Shown: positions 1 through 7,115 of the stretch, in pieces
Position numbering within the stretch: the first letter of the stretch is position 1
How the letters are laid out: each line of letters opens with the position of its first letter
NCBI GenBank assembly: GCA_964348685.1
Contig: CAYGDM010000002.1
Coordinates: forward strand, 1-37,670
Length of the DNA stretch: 37,670 nucleotides
Direction of reading: 5' to 3'
Source: an uncultured Candidatus Peribacteria bacterium
Lineage (GTDB): Bacteria; Patescibacteriota; Gracilibacteria; Peribacterales; Peribacteraceae
Made by a program: the position numbers and the translations under genes
The notes under the pieces: generated by a model
The model's input: only the letters and a program-made list of their open reading frames with translations
Databases searched by the model: none
Told to the model about the DNA's origin: nothing

Positions 1-222
1 GCGTCAGCGTCAGCGTCAGCGTCAGCGACAGCGGCAGCGGCAGCGACAGCGGCAGCGGCAGCGGCAGCGGCAGCGGCAGCGTCAGCGTCAGCGTCAGCGT
101 CAGCGGCAGCGGCAGCGGCAGCGGCAGCGACAGCGACAGCGTCAGCGTCAGCGTCAGCGTCAGCGACAGCGGCAGCGGCAGCGACAGCGGCAGTGGCAGC
201 GACAGCGGCAGTGGCAGCGACA
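1..222. repeat. Imperfect tandem hexanucleotide array (GCGNCA) x37, lying inside the coding sequence of the minus-strand gene 1..734
   Basis: Direct reading gives 37 consecutive 6-nt units. Only base 4 varies (T/G/A), apart from two GTGGCA units. Units occur in homogeneous blocks: T4 A1 G2 A1 G5 T4 G4 A2 T4 A1 G2 A1 G1 W1 A1 G1 W1 A1. Confidence 0.95.
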
Positions 223-734
223 GGCTTGCCGCGCTTTACCAACTCGGCTTCAACCGCCGCCTTGATCTTTGTTTTGCGCTCGGCCCACGTTGCGCCGCGC
301 ACTCGCCGCGCCTCATCGCGCAGATTGCGGTATGCAACTTTCAGGCCGGATTGATCCGCCGCCAGAACATCAGCCCAAGCCTTCGTCAAAGCCTCGTCGT
401 TGATCTTTTCAACCAACTGGCCCATCTTGGATTCTTCGCGGATGAAGTTCAGGCAGTAAGCCACGCGCTCGGCTTCAAGGCCGTCGCCCGCTGTGCCGAT
501 CACGCGCTTCAAGAACGGCTTTAGGTCTTGGCGCTGATCCTCGTCGGCCCAGTCGTTGAGGTTGATTCCCGCGCGGCGAATTGACGGGGCGACGCAGTTG
601 GGTTGGTCGGAGAACACCTCCCCCGTCGCCACGGCAACGGCCTCCATGATGCACACACCGTTTTCTGGTGCCGAATGGCTGCCGTTGTCGAGTTTCATTT
701 CTGCGATTAGTGCTTCGATTTCTTGGGGGGTCAT
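1..734 (-). CDS. Hypothetical early protein; the 3' end runs off the window edge; C-terminal (Ala-X)n low-complexity tail
   Basis: Not in the ORF track because no stop lies inside the window. ATG at 734 is preceded by GAGAGGA. The frame is open to position 1: MTPQEIEALIAEMKLDNGSHSAPENGVCIMEAV...KRGKPVAATAAVAATAAVAAAAAV(AD)4(AV)2(AA)4(AD)4... Confidence 0.7.
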   Translation of the reverse strand, partial: MTPQEIEALIAEMKLDNGSHSAPENGVCIMEAVAVATGEVFSDQPNCVAPSIRRAGINLNDWADEDQRQDLKPFLKRVIGTAGDGLEAERVAYCLNFIREESKMGQLVEKINDEALTKAWADVLAADQSGLKVAYRNLRDEARRVRGATWAERKTKIKAAVEAELVKRGKPVAATAAVAATAAVAAAAAVADADADADAVAVAAAAAAAAADADADADAAAAAAAAAAAVAAAAAVADADADAD

Positions 735-758
735 TACTTCGGTCCTCTCTGGGTGTGG

Positions 759-1352
759 TCAGGCGGCTTTGGAAGATTGGTTTTTGTGGGACTGCTCGCC
801 GTCGTCAGCGAGCTTCGCGGCCAGGGCTTCAAGTGCTTGATCTCGGATCTGTGGATCAAGTCCCTCGCGCGCGACTACAGCTGTAGAACTTGCAGTGATG
901 GAAGAATCTTTAAATCCGGTGGTGGGCCGTTCTGCTTCTCTGTCTCCGTCTACGTCTGTATCTGTGTCTACGTCTGTGTCTGGCGCGCGTACATTTCCGT
1001 TACGTGCGCGACTAGTAACGCCGTTACGTGTACGGAAGTCGGACTGACGCTTGGCCGCTTTCTCGCGCTTGGCGCGGATTTGTGCCCTACTCGACTGGTG
1101 TTCTAGGTAGTCGTGAATGATGTAATTCTTTGTCGTTTTCTTCCACAATCCAGCATCGATCAAGCACTCGATTAGTTCCAAAACGTTCGGCTTTTCGGTC
1201 AACCTTGGTGCAATCCCGTGTGGAATCCGACCGTCCGTTTGGTTGGCCGAGCAGTAGGCGATGCCTTGAAGGTTCAGTAGCGCGGCGTCCTCTCCGGCCT
1301 CCCAAACCTTTGGGTTAGTGAAGTAGTGATCGTCCACCTTGAACCAGCCCAC
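759..1352 (-). CDS. Putative phage replisome-organizer / replication-initiator-like protein (N-terminal winged-helix type)
   Basis: The ORF 759..1475 overlaps the upstream gene. An in-frame GTG at 1352 lies 2 nt after the upstream TAG. The WFKVDDHYFTNPKV...NYIIHDYLEHQ pattern resembles the replisome organizer N-terminal domain. The acidic DTDVDTDTDVDGD repeat lies in the C-terminal half. Confidence 0.45.
   Translation of the reverse strand: MGWFKVDDHYFTNPKVWEAGEDAALLNLQGIAYCSANQTDGRIPHGIAPRLTEKPNVLELIECLIDAGLWKKTTKNYIIHDYLEHQSSRAQIRAKREKAAKRQSDFRTRNGVTSRARNGNVRAPDTDVDTDTDVDGDREAERPTTGFKDSSITASSTAVVAREGLDPQIRDQALEALAAKLADDGEQSHKNQSSKAA
942..983. repeat. Seven degenerate hexamers (GTCTNN) encoding DTDVDTDTDVDGD on the minus strand
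   Basis: gtctcc gtctac gtctgt atctgt gtctac gtctgt gtctgg, read directly from the sequence. Confidence 0.8.
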
Positions 1353-1354
1353 GG

Positions 1355-1693
1355 CTACGCGGCCTCTCGCATCGACTTCAATAGCGATTGACCAATCGAC
1401 ACCCGCGTTTCCATGACCCCGATAGCGGCCTTGCAGGCGTCGTAGGTGGACTCTGCTGCCGTCAGGTCTTTCCACTCCTGCGAGTTACCTACGGCGGCTT
1501 TGGCGGCTGCGCGGGCGTCGGTTGTGTTGCCGCCGGTCACCTTTGCTCGCTGATATGCCACGGCTTCGGCGTACTCGACTTCGCGCTCTAGACGGGCGCG
1601 GTCACCGGCTGACTGTGCGAACTGGTTTTGGCGGTTGGCGAGGTCTTTCTCGATCTCTTGCAACGTGCGGAGGATTGCTGCGGGATCGTTCAT
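1355..1693 (-). CDS. Hypothetical coiled-coil protein
   Basis: 112-aa ORF, stop/start coupled to its neighbours, high GC3. Confidence 0.6.
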   Translation of the reverse strand: MNDPAAILRTLQEIEKDLANRQNQFAQSAGDRARLEREVEYAEAVAYQRAKVTGGNTTDARAAAKAAVGNSQEWKDLTAAESTYDACKAAIGVMETRVSIGQSLLKSMREAA

Positions 1694-1920
1694 GCGCGTA
1701 CCGGCTTTGCGTGTCGAACATCCAATGTCACTTCACCAGCCAAGACCTCATAGGGGCTAAGGCTGTCGCGGTTGGTGCGCTCGCGGATCACGACGCTGCC
1801 GTCGATTGCCGCGTAGTTCTCGATAAAGCATCCGAAGCACCAGTATTCGGCGCTCCCGTCGTTACCCGGTAGCCACTCGATCACGGCTTCGCGGTTGCAG
1901 TTGTTGCAGGTGTCGGCCAT
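1690..1920 (-). CDS. Small Cys-rich (CxxC...CxxC) zinc-ribbon-like protein
   Basis: ORF 1690..1923. ATG at 1920 forms a TGATG overlap with the upstream stop. Motifs CNNC and CFGC. Confidence 0.55.
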   Translation of the reverse strand: MADTCNNCNREAVIEWLPGNDGSAEYWCFGCFIENYAAIDGSVVIRERTNRDSLSPYEVLAGEVTLDVRHAKPVRA

Positions 1921-2765
1921 CACGCGCGCACCGCGCCTTCCGACTTCTCGTAAATCTTCACGCCTGGGATCGCGCGGACGCCAGCCTTCACGACGGCGTT
2001 GAGCTTCTTCTGATCCACGATCAGGTATTCGCGCGGCACCTGCGACTCATCAATGACTTCGGCGGTCCAGACTTTCTTGACGGTGAAGCTGCCGGAAGTC
2101 GTCTTGACCGTGGCTTTGGCTTCCTCGCGCTCGACTACGCCCATCGTTGGGATCTCGCTGCGCTTGGCGCTTAGCTCTTCCTCGGCTTGCCTCGCGGCCT
2201 CTGCTGCGGCTAGAGCTTTGGCCTCGGCCTCGGGGTCCGGTTTCTCGGCCATTGCAGCGGACGCGGCGCGGGCGGCCTTGACGGCTTCGCTGGCCTTGCG
2301 CTGCGCTTCGGCTTTTTCTGCCTCGATGCGCTTGGCCTCGGCCTGCTGCTTCTCAAACGCCTCGCGCTCGCGCTCTGCGTTCTCTGCGGCGATGCGCTTC
2401 TCTTCGGCCTCTTGGTATGCGATCACCTTCGGCTCAAGGATGGAACGCGCTTCATCGAGCGGTGCCTTGAGTCCGTTGAAAAGGTTTTGAACGGCATCCT
2501 TCGCCGCGTTGATCGGCGTGACCAGTTTCTTGCGCTCGGCTTCAAGTGCCTTCTTACGCCGCGCGATCTCGGTCAGGACTTCCGTTGCGCCAGCTGCGTC
2601 CTCGGCGTCCTCAACGGTGATGCACATGGCCGATTCAACGATCTCGCTTAGCTCGGCCTTTCGCTCGTCTTTGATCTTGGTCAGTTCTTTGGTGCCGACG
2701 ATCTCGCCGGTCACAACTTCGGGTTCGGCAACCGCCGAGCCTGCTGTTTGGAATTCACTGGTCAT
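1920..2765 (-). CDS. Coiled-coil protein, possibly Mu Gam-like host-nuclease inhibitor / recombination accessory
   Basis: Internal ATG at 2765 forms an ATGA overlap with the ERF stop. The N-terminal helical region, an Ala/Glu/Lys-rich insert and the C-terminal SFTVKKVWTAEVIDESQVPREYLIVDQKKLNAVVKAG segment resemble Gam-like family architecture. It sits next to an annealase. Confidence 0.35.
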   Translation of the reverse strand: MTSEFQTAGSAVAEPEVVTGEIVGTKELTKIKDERKAELSEIVESAMCITVEDAEDAAGATEVLTEIARRKKALEAERKKLVTPINAAKDAVQNLFNGLKAPLDEARSILEPKVIAYQEAEEKRIAAENAEREREAFEKQQAEAKRIEAEKAEAQRKASEAVKAARAASAAMAEKPDPEAEAKALAAAEAARQAEEELSAKRSEIPTMGVVEREEAKATVKTTSGSFTVKKVWTAEVIDESQVPREYLIVDQKKLNAVVKAGVRAIPGVKIYEKSEGAVRA

Positions 2766-3571
2766 GCTGCTGCTACCTCCACGGGAGTCGGGGCGGCGAT
2801 GGTGAAGTTGCGCCATTCGCCATTGAGGGATACGGTCAGATCGAAGGGCTTGCCGATCAGCGCGGCCAGCGATCCTCCTACGGGCGGCTCGATGCCCATG
2901 CAAACGTGCTCAACGAATTGCGCGTAATCGGGCTTGCCGGGTTCGAGCCAAAGCTTCTCGCCAGCGTCTAGCCCGCCGTTCGTGTTCAAGACACCTACGA
3001 CGGCGACGATCTTGTCTTTGCCCTTTGGCTTGGCCCACGTTGCTTCGCGGACTGTCGCCAGGAACGGCGAATCGGGTGGCAGGACGCCCATCTGCAAAGA
3101 GTCCTCTGCCCTGTCCGACGACCCCCCGCCGTTGCCCGAATCGTGTTCGGCGTCGTCGCCTGTCGGAATCATGAACGGCTGGCGCAGCGCGTACTTGAGC
3201 GCGCCGGTCATCGCCTTGAACGCGCCCTTGTCGAGCGTGTCGTAGCCCTGCGCCAAGACGCTGGCCGTGTCCTGCTCGCCCGTGTCGGCGTCTGTGAAGG
3301 TGTAGTCCACGACGCAGGTCGTGATGAATCCCTTGTCGCCGTGGTCGGCGCGGTTGTGAACCTGCACGCTGCTCGGGTTCACCTTCGGGAATACCGTCAC
3401 ATTGCGGCTCGCCATTTCATTTCGGAGGGCGCGCAGAAACGCAGCTTCGGAAGTGAACTTGTAATTGTGCTGCGAGTTGTAACCGTCTTTTTCGACGTTC
3501 TCAACTGCGGTGATGATCTCTGCGATCTTGGCGTGAAGTCCGCTTGGTTGATTATTGTTTTCTGTGGTCAT
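2762..3571 (-). CDS. ERF-family single-strand annealing recombinase
   Basis: LHAKIAEIITAVENVEKDGYNSQHNYKFTSEAAFLRALRNEM...DKGAFKAMTGALKYALRQPFMIPTGDD matches the ERF superfamily pattern. The ATG at 3571 follows GGAGGGG, so it is preferred over the GTG at 3601. Confidence 0.8.
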   Translation of the reverse strand: MTTENNNQPSGLHAKIAEIITAVENVEKDGYNSQHNYKFTSEAAFLRALRNEMASRNVTVFPKVNPSSVQVHNRADHGDKGFITTCVVDYTFTDADTGEQDTASVLAQGYDTLDKGAFKAMTGALKYALRQPFMIPTGDDAEHDSGNGGGSSDRAEDSLQMGVLPPDSPFLATVREATWAKPKGKDKIVAVVGVLNTNGGLDAGEKLWLEPGKPDYAQFVEHVCMGIEPPVGGSLAALIGKPFDLTVSLNGEWRNFTIAAPTPVEVAAA

Positions 3572-3608
3572 GGCCCCTCCAACGGGCTTTGGCTCTGACA
3601 CCAGCGCC

Positions 3609-3893
3609 CTATGCGGCGCTGTTGTCGTTTGTGGGTAGGTGGAAAACTTCTGCTGTGCGTTGGTCGGTCGGGATAACCCGCAGCTTCGGGCGCTCGGCTT
3701 CGCGGACGCTCATTGGTCGGGGGAAGCCGTCGGGGGTTGTGCCGGGAAAGAAGTGGTCGAGCGACGCGGGTTCGTCAATCTCCACACCGATGCCAAGACG
3801 TTCTGCAACTCGACCGGCCATGATGCCTTCGCGGTGTGCTTGGTCTAGGCGGCGGTTGAGTTCTTCGAGGGTGAGGTTTATGACGCAGGCCAT
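3609..3893 (-). CDS. Hypothetical protein
   Basis: ORF 3609..3899. The ATG at 3893 has GGAG 5 nt upstream. Confidence 0.5.
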   Translation of the reverse strand: MACVINLTLEELNRRLDQAHREGIMAGRVAERLGIGVEIDEPASLDHFFPGTTPDGFPRPMSVREAERPKLRVIPTDQRTAEVFHLPTNDNSAA

Positions 3894-4078
3894 TGCCACT
3901 CCATCCGGTTTGGGTTGTCAAAGTTCTGGCCGACCACACGGGGAGTTGTGCGGTCGGCCTTGCGCTGACGCTTCTCGGCCAAGCGCTGCGCCCATCGGTA
4001 CTCGAATCGAATCCATCCGATGAAAAGCGCACCGATGATTAGTCCGTCCGTGAAGGTGAGTTGGAGGGTGGGGTTCAT
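3878..4078 (-). CDS. Small membrane protein (one predicted TM segment)
   Basis: 66 aa with hydrophobic GLIIGALFIGWI followed by a basic stretch. ATGA overlap with the upstream stop. Confidence 0.5.
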   Translation of the reverse strand: MNPTLQLTFTDGLIIGALFIGWIRFEYRWAQRLAEKRQRKADRTTPRVVGQNFDNPNRMEWQWPAS

Positions 4079-4392
4079 GCTGCGAAGTCCTCTCCGAGAA
4101 TCGCGTTCGTAGGTTTGGGTGCGTCACTGGCGAACAGACCTTCGGGGTAAACCTCTGGCGTCGCTGCCGGTTGCTTGACCCGCTCGGATGCGGTGAGGCG
4201 GTAGGAACTGCCTGCCGACTTCGCGAACATCTTGGACTCGACTTCTAAGCCGTCTTGTTTGAGGTCAAAGATTCGTGCTGCCACGCGAGTGATCCCCGTC
4301 ATTTCGGTGATCTGTTGTGCGGAAGTCCAGTGGCCCCCGGCGTCGCGGAGGATCGCTAGTACGCGGTCGGTTTGTAGGCGGGTCTTGTTCAC
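4075..4392 (-). CDS. Winged-helix / HTH DNA-binding protein
   Basis: VLAILRDAGGHWTSAQQITEMTGITRVAARIFDLKQDGLEVES resembles a phage HTH (HTH_39-like) pattern. Confidence 0.55.
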   Translation of the reverse strand: MNKTRLQTDRVLAILRDAGGHWTSAQQITEMTGITRVAARIFDLKQDGLEVESKMFAKSAGSSYRLTASERVKQPAATPEVYPEGLFASDAPKPTNAILGEDFAA

Positions 4393-4673
4393 GACCGACC
4401 CCCCTTGTAAATGCTCGACGCATCAGCGCCTGCCGGAACCGCCAAGACGTTTCGCGGGTTCCCGATGATCCGTTCCATCGAAAGTCGGACTTCCGTTTCT
4501 GTGGCGACTTCCTCGGCCTTGCGAATCTCGCGCAGCTTTTCTGCTCGCGCCATATCGATCTCTCCGAGGTCACACATCAACCGATCGACTCGGGCAACGG
4601 CTGCTTCGTGTGCTTCCTCTGCCTGCTCGATGATTGACTGGCGGCGTTCGTGGTGGGGTGTTGGGTAGCTCAT
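4389..4673 (-). CDS. Hypothetical protein
   Basis: 94-aa ORF with ATGA overlaps at both ends. Confidence 0.55.
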   Translation of the reverse strand: MSYPTPHHERRQSIIEQAEEAHEAAVARVDRLMCDLGEIDMARAEKLREIRKAEEVATETEVRLSMERIIGNPRNVLAVPAGADASSIYKGGRS

Positions 4674-4960
4674 CGTTTGTGCGCCTCCACACTGATCGCG
4701 AAGTCACGCGCGCAGCACTCGGCCAAAGTCAAAGGCGGCTCGCCGTCGTCTGCGCGGTTGGTGTAACCGGCCTCGAAGTGACAACCGCAGGGATCGTCTA
4801 GGTCGCAATCGCAAACTTGACCGGCGCACGACTTGCCGAGTGTCCGACCATCTACCTCCACAACTTCATTTGGTCGAAGCTCCGCCCCGCACTCGTCGCA
4901 AGTCAGTTCGGCGTCGCGGTCGAGAAACGATGTGTCTACTTCTGGCGGGTAGTTGCTCAT
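4670..4960 (-). CDS. Cys-rich hypothetical protein
   Basis: CDECGAEL...CAGQVCDCDLDDPCGCH, with ATGA overlaps at both ends. Confidence 0.55.
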   Translation of the reverse strand: MSNYPPEVDTSFLDRDAELTCDECGAELRPNEVVEVDGRTLGKSCAGQVCDCDLDDPCGCHFEAGYTNRADDGEPPLTLAECCARDFAISVEAHKR

Positions 4961-5136
4961 CGTTCACCCCTCACTTCCTCGATGCGGTCGTAGCCTCCCG
5001 CTGCTTCTGGAACCTCAAACCCACACTCACACTCGTCGCCGTCGAAGGGCTGCTCGCACTCGGGGCATTCCTGGTCATCCGGCGGCTCGTAGTAGCTGTC
5101 CGGCATACGAAAGGTGTCGCTCGCCCTCTCGCTCAT
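4957..5136 (-). CDS. Small zinc-ribbon-like protein
   Basis: The internal ATG at 5136 forms an ATGA overlap with the stop of 5133..5393. MSERASDTFRMPDSYYEPPDDQECPECEQPFDGDECECGF. Confidence 0.5.
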   Translation of the reverse strand: MSERASDTFRMPDSYYEPPDDQECPECEQPFDGDECECGFEVPEAAGGYDRIEEVRGER

Positions 5137-5393
5137 ACCGACGCCCCTGCGAGTACCGCCGCGACTGCCGCAGATTCTGCGGGGAGGCAGCGAGCGAGCA
5201 TCGCGGATGGGTAGTCGCCTTCGCCAGCGTCCATGTGAATGGTGGCGACCTGCGAGAGGACGCGGCATCCTGGCACTGACCACATTCCTAAGATCGCCAT
5301 GTAGCGGCTGGCGAATCCCGGCAGATTGACAAGCGGGTCGTTGTCGTTTCGCGCGACATTGATCATTGGTCTTTGAAGTGAGTAGTTGCTCAT
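5133..5393 (-). CDS. Hypothetical protein
   Basis: 86-aa ORF, tightly packed behind the cro-like gene. Confidence 0.5.
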   Translation of the reverse strand: MSNYSLQRPMINVARNDNDPLVNLPGFASRYMAILGMWSVPGCRVLSQVATIHMDAGEGDYPSAMLARCLPAESAAVAAVLAGASV

Positions 5394-5395
5394 GG

Positions 5396-5602
5396 CTACG
5401 CGGCCTTTCCTGTGGAGGCTTGGGCGGCTTCCTCTGCCTGCTCTGCGGTGATCCAGTCCGTCAGGATGCGCTCGCCCTGCGCCTGCCCCGAACGTCCGTG
5501 ACGCTCGCGTGAGAGGCGGTAAAACTCTGTGGCCTTGGCCTCGGTGGTGCGGATCGTGATGACCTTCATCGTGTCCGCTGGAGTGGTTTCTGTTCCTTGC
5601 AT
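5396..5602 (-). CDS. First early-lytic gene, Cro-like or RHH-like small regulator (function inferred from position)
   Basis: It is divergent from the repressor. The ATG at 5602 lies 7 nt downstream of a TATAGT -10 element, implying a leaderless transcript. Product: MQGTETTPADTMKVITIRTTEAKATEFYRLSRERHG... Confidence 0.45.
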   Translation of the reverse strand: MQGTETTPADTMKVITIRTTEAKATEFYRLSRERHGRSGQAQGERILTDWITAEQAEEAAQASTGKAA

Positions 5603-5609
5603 ATGATCC

Positions 5610-5638
5610 ACTATAACGACCTGCTGGACAAAAGTCAA
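5610..5638 (-). promoter_or_regulatory. Early lytic promoter: -35 TTGACT, 17-nt spacer, -10 TATAGT, leaderless start at ATG 5602
   Basis: The minus strand reads TTGACT tttgtccagcaggtcgt TATAGT ggatcat ATG. Confidence 0.6.
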
Positions 5639-5671
5639 GGATTTGCTAAAAGTTTTTTATCCACGGGTCAT

Positions 5672-5700
5672 TTGCAATTTGTGCCATTCCGTCCTACGCT
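5672..5700 (+). promoter_or_regulatory. Candidate repressor-maintenance promoter: -35 TTGCAA, 17-nt spacer, -10 TACGCT, 8 nt before ATG 5709
   Basis: Weaker match than the lytic promoter. The geometry again implies a leaderless or near-leaderless mRNA. ATTTGC(T/A)A direct repeats occur at 5641 and 5670. Confidence 0.35.
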
Positions 5701-5708
5701 GCCCAAAC

Positions 5709-6068
5709 ATGGATGGTGAAAAGATCGGCTACTACTTGGCAGATGTCTGCCGAGAGGCACGCGAGAAAGCGGGCCGCAACCAGAACTACATCGCTGGCCA
5801 GATTGGCTCGGGCATTGACAAGGTGAAGAACTTCGAGTTACAAAAGATCCGATGGTCACCGGACACTGACCTGCTCGTAGCCACATACGCCGAACTCGCG
5901 AGCGTCGATCCGGTTGACCTATGGCAGAGGGCTATCGATCGCTGGAAGGCCGCACAAGATGAAGACCACGATGATCAGGATCGTCACCCTCCGGCCCATC
6001 CCCCGAAAGCTCCAAAGCCAAGCGCACCAAGTAGTCGCGCCACTCGTCACCGGGGGGCAGGGTCGTGA
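5709..6068 (+). CDS. XRE/CI-like HTH immunity repressor
   Basis: MDGEKIGYYLADVCREAREKAGRNQNYIAGQIGSGIDKVKNFELQK fits an HTH_XRE pattern. It is divergent from the early operon. The C-terminal 35 aa are low complexity with low GC3. Confidence 0.7.
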   Translation: MDGEKIGYYLADVCREAREKAGRNQNYIAGQIGSGIDKVKNFELQKIRWSPDTDLLVATYAELASVDPVDLWQRAIDRWKAAQDEDHDDQDRHPPAHPPKAPKPSAPSSRATRHRGAGS

Positions 6069-6132
6069 TCCGGTACCTCACAGTTGCGAGTACGTCTTCA
6101 ATAGCCTCCTGCTGTAGCGAAGTGAGCGGCAC
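5932..6132 (-). CDS. Hypothetical small protein, convergent with and overlapping the 3' end of the repressor gene
   Basis: 66-aa ORF with a GTG start. By my hand count the first 44 or so codons have high GC3, exactly where the repressor frame has low GC3. Confidence 0.35.
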   Translation of the reverse strand: MPLTSLQQEAIEDVLATVRYRITTLPPGDEWRDYLVRLALELSGDGPEGDDPDHRGLHLVRPSSDR

Positions 6133-6147
6133 GCATATTCCCCGGGT

Positions 6148-6170
6148 GCCAAGGCAGGGCCGACCTTGGC
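6148..6170 (+). terminator. Hairpin GCCAAGG-N9-CCTTGGC between the repressor and the HExxH gene (weak terminator or attenuator candidate)
   Basis: 7-bp perfect stem. The only T-run (GTTTTA) lies 10 nt downstream. Confidence 0.25.
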
Positions 6171-6232
6171 TAGGCGGCCAGTTTTATCACGCCGTCACCA
6201 CATGCGGTAGAACTTTTGATTAGGGTGGGGTT

Positions 6233-6799
6233 GTGAAAACATTTCTGACAATGGCTGTCTTCGCGGCACTCGCGCTTCCGTCGTCGGCGAGCGCGGTTGA
6301 ATTGGTGAATCCAGATGGAACTCGTGCCGAGCCGTTTCAAACATGGGCAGAAAAGTCTCATGTCTCGGTCGACGTCGGCACCGTCACATTCTTACGCGGC
6401 GTTCACAACTGCGGCAAATGGGCCGGCCAGCCCGGCCTTGAGGGATGCGCGCTGACGAGCGAGCGGCGGATCGCGATGCGAGGATACTGCTGGAACACCA
6501 AGAGCCGGATACTTCGCCGAAACTGCAGGTTCAACGCTTTCCATGAACTCGGGCATATCGATGAGGCGAATCTCGATGGCGTAACCCGAGCGCGGTTCGC
6601 TGAAATCGTGGGCGTACCGAATGACTGGGCCAGCGCCGACCCCATTGGACCCGCAGGCCGTAGCTATTTGAAGGAAACTTACGCAGATGGTTTCGCGCTC
6701 TGCGCGATCGGTAAGGCCGATATTCAGACTCCAGGTCCGTTCGTCTCGATTGCCGCGAGCGAGAACTACCGAGAAATCTGTCGGCTGATCCGGCGATAG
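6233..6799 (+). CDS. Secreted zincin-like protein with an HExxH motif (lysogenic-conversion candidate)
   Basis: Sec-type signal peptide MKTFLTMAVFAALALPSSASA|VE. HELGH motif. Plus strand, downstream of the repressor and outside the lytic operons. Confidence 0.6.
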   Translation: MKTFLTMAVFAALALPSSASAVELVNPDGTRAEPFQTWAEKSHVSVDVGTVTFLRGVHNCGKWAGQPGLEGCALTSERRIAMRGYCWNTKSRILRRNCRFNAFHELGHIDEANLDGVTRARFAEIVGVPNDWASADPIGPAGRSYLKETYADGFALCAIGKADIQTPGPFVSIAASENYREICRLIRR

Positions 6800-6812
6800 C
6801 CCAAAAGAAAAA

Positions 6813-6840
6813 CCCCGCCAGCGAATCAACGCTGGCGGGG
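6813..6840 (-). terminator. Intrinsic terminator of the late (minus-strand) operon, also placed to stop the convergent plus-strand gene
   Basis: CCCCGCCAGCG aatcaa CGCTGGCGGGG is an 11-bp perfect stem. On the minus strand it is followed by TTTTTCTTTTGG. Confidence 0.85.
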
Positions 6841-6872
6841 CTTCCCCTCCACCTTCTGTTCCCCAACAGAAG

Positions 6873-7106
6873 CTAGGTTTTTTGTGGCAGCGTTGCGGTC
6901 GGCGTGACCTTCCGCCGGCCAATCTCCGCGAAGCCCGTAATCGTTCCGACGATCGCGAGTGCCTGCCAGACGTTCTCTGGCTCGATGACAAAATCGAAGT
7001 ACGCGGCGACGAGAACAGCGAGGTTGACTATCTGCGCATTGACGCGGACGGGCTCGGAGCGGTAATAGTCGAGCAGTACTGCGAGCAGGTTCTTGACGGT
7101 CTGCAT
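6873..7106 (-). CDS. Holin-like membrane protein (two predicted TM segments)
   Basis: 77 aa with hydrophobic IVNLAVLVAAYFDFVI and VWQALAIVGTITGFAEI. AGGAG SD. Last gene of the late operon, next to the endolysin. Confidence 0.6.
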   Translation of the reverse strand: MQTVKNLLAVLLDYYRSEPVRVNAQIVNLAVLVAAYFDFVIEPENVWQALAIVGTITGFAEIGRRKVTPTATLPQKT

Positions 7107-7115
7107 TGTGATCTC

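Noticed and set aside
1-222. Possible CRISPR array or other spacer-repeat structure.
   Set aside because: The units are contiguous 6-mers with no spacers, they lie inside a coding sequence, and there are no cas genes.
1-264. Plus-strand frame 2 of the hexamer array reads as a perfect (Arg-Gln)n, with all unit variation synonymous (CGT/CGG/CGA CAG).
   Set aside because: That frame ends at a TGA near 262. It has no upstream start in the window and, if the genome is circular, has a TAG 6 nt before position 1. The minus-strand frame is continuous with a well-supported ORF from ATG 734.
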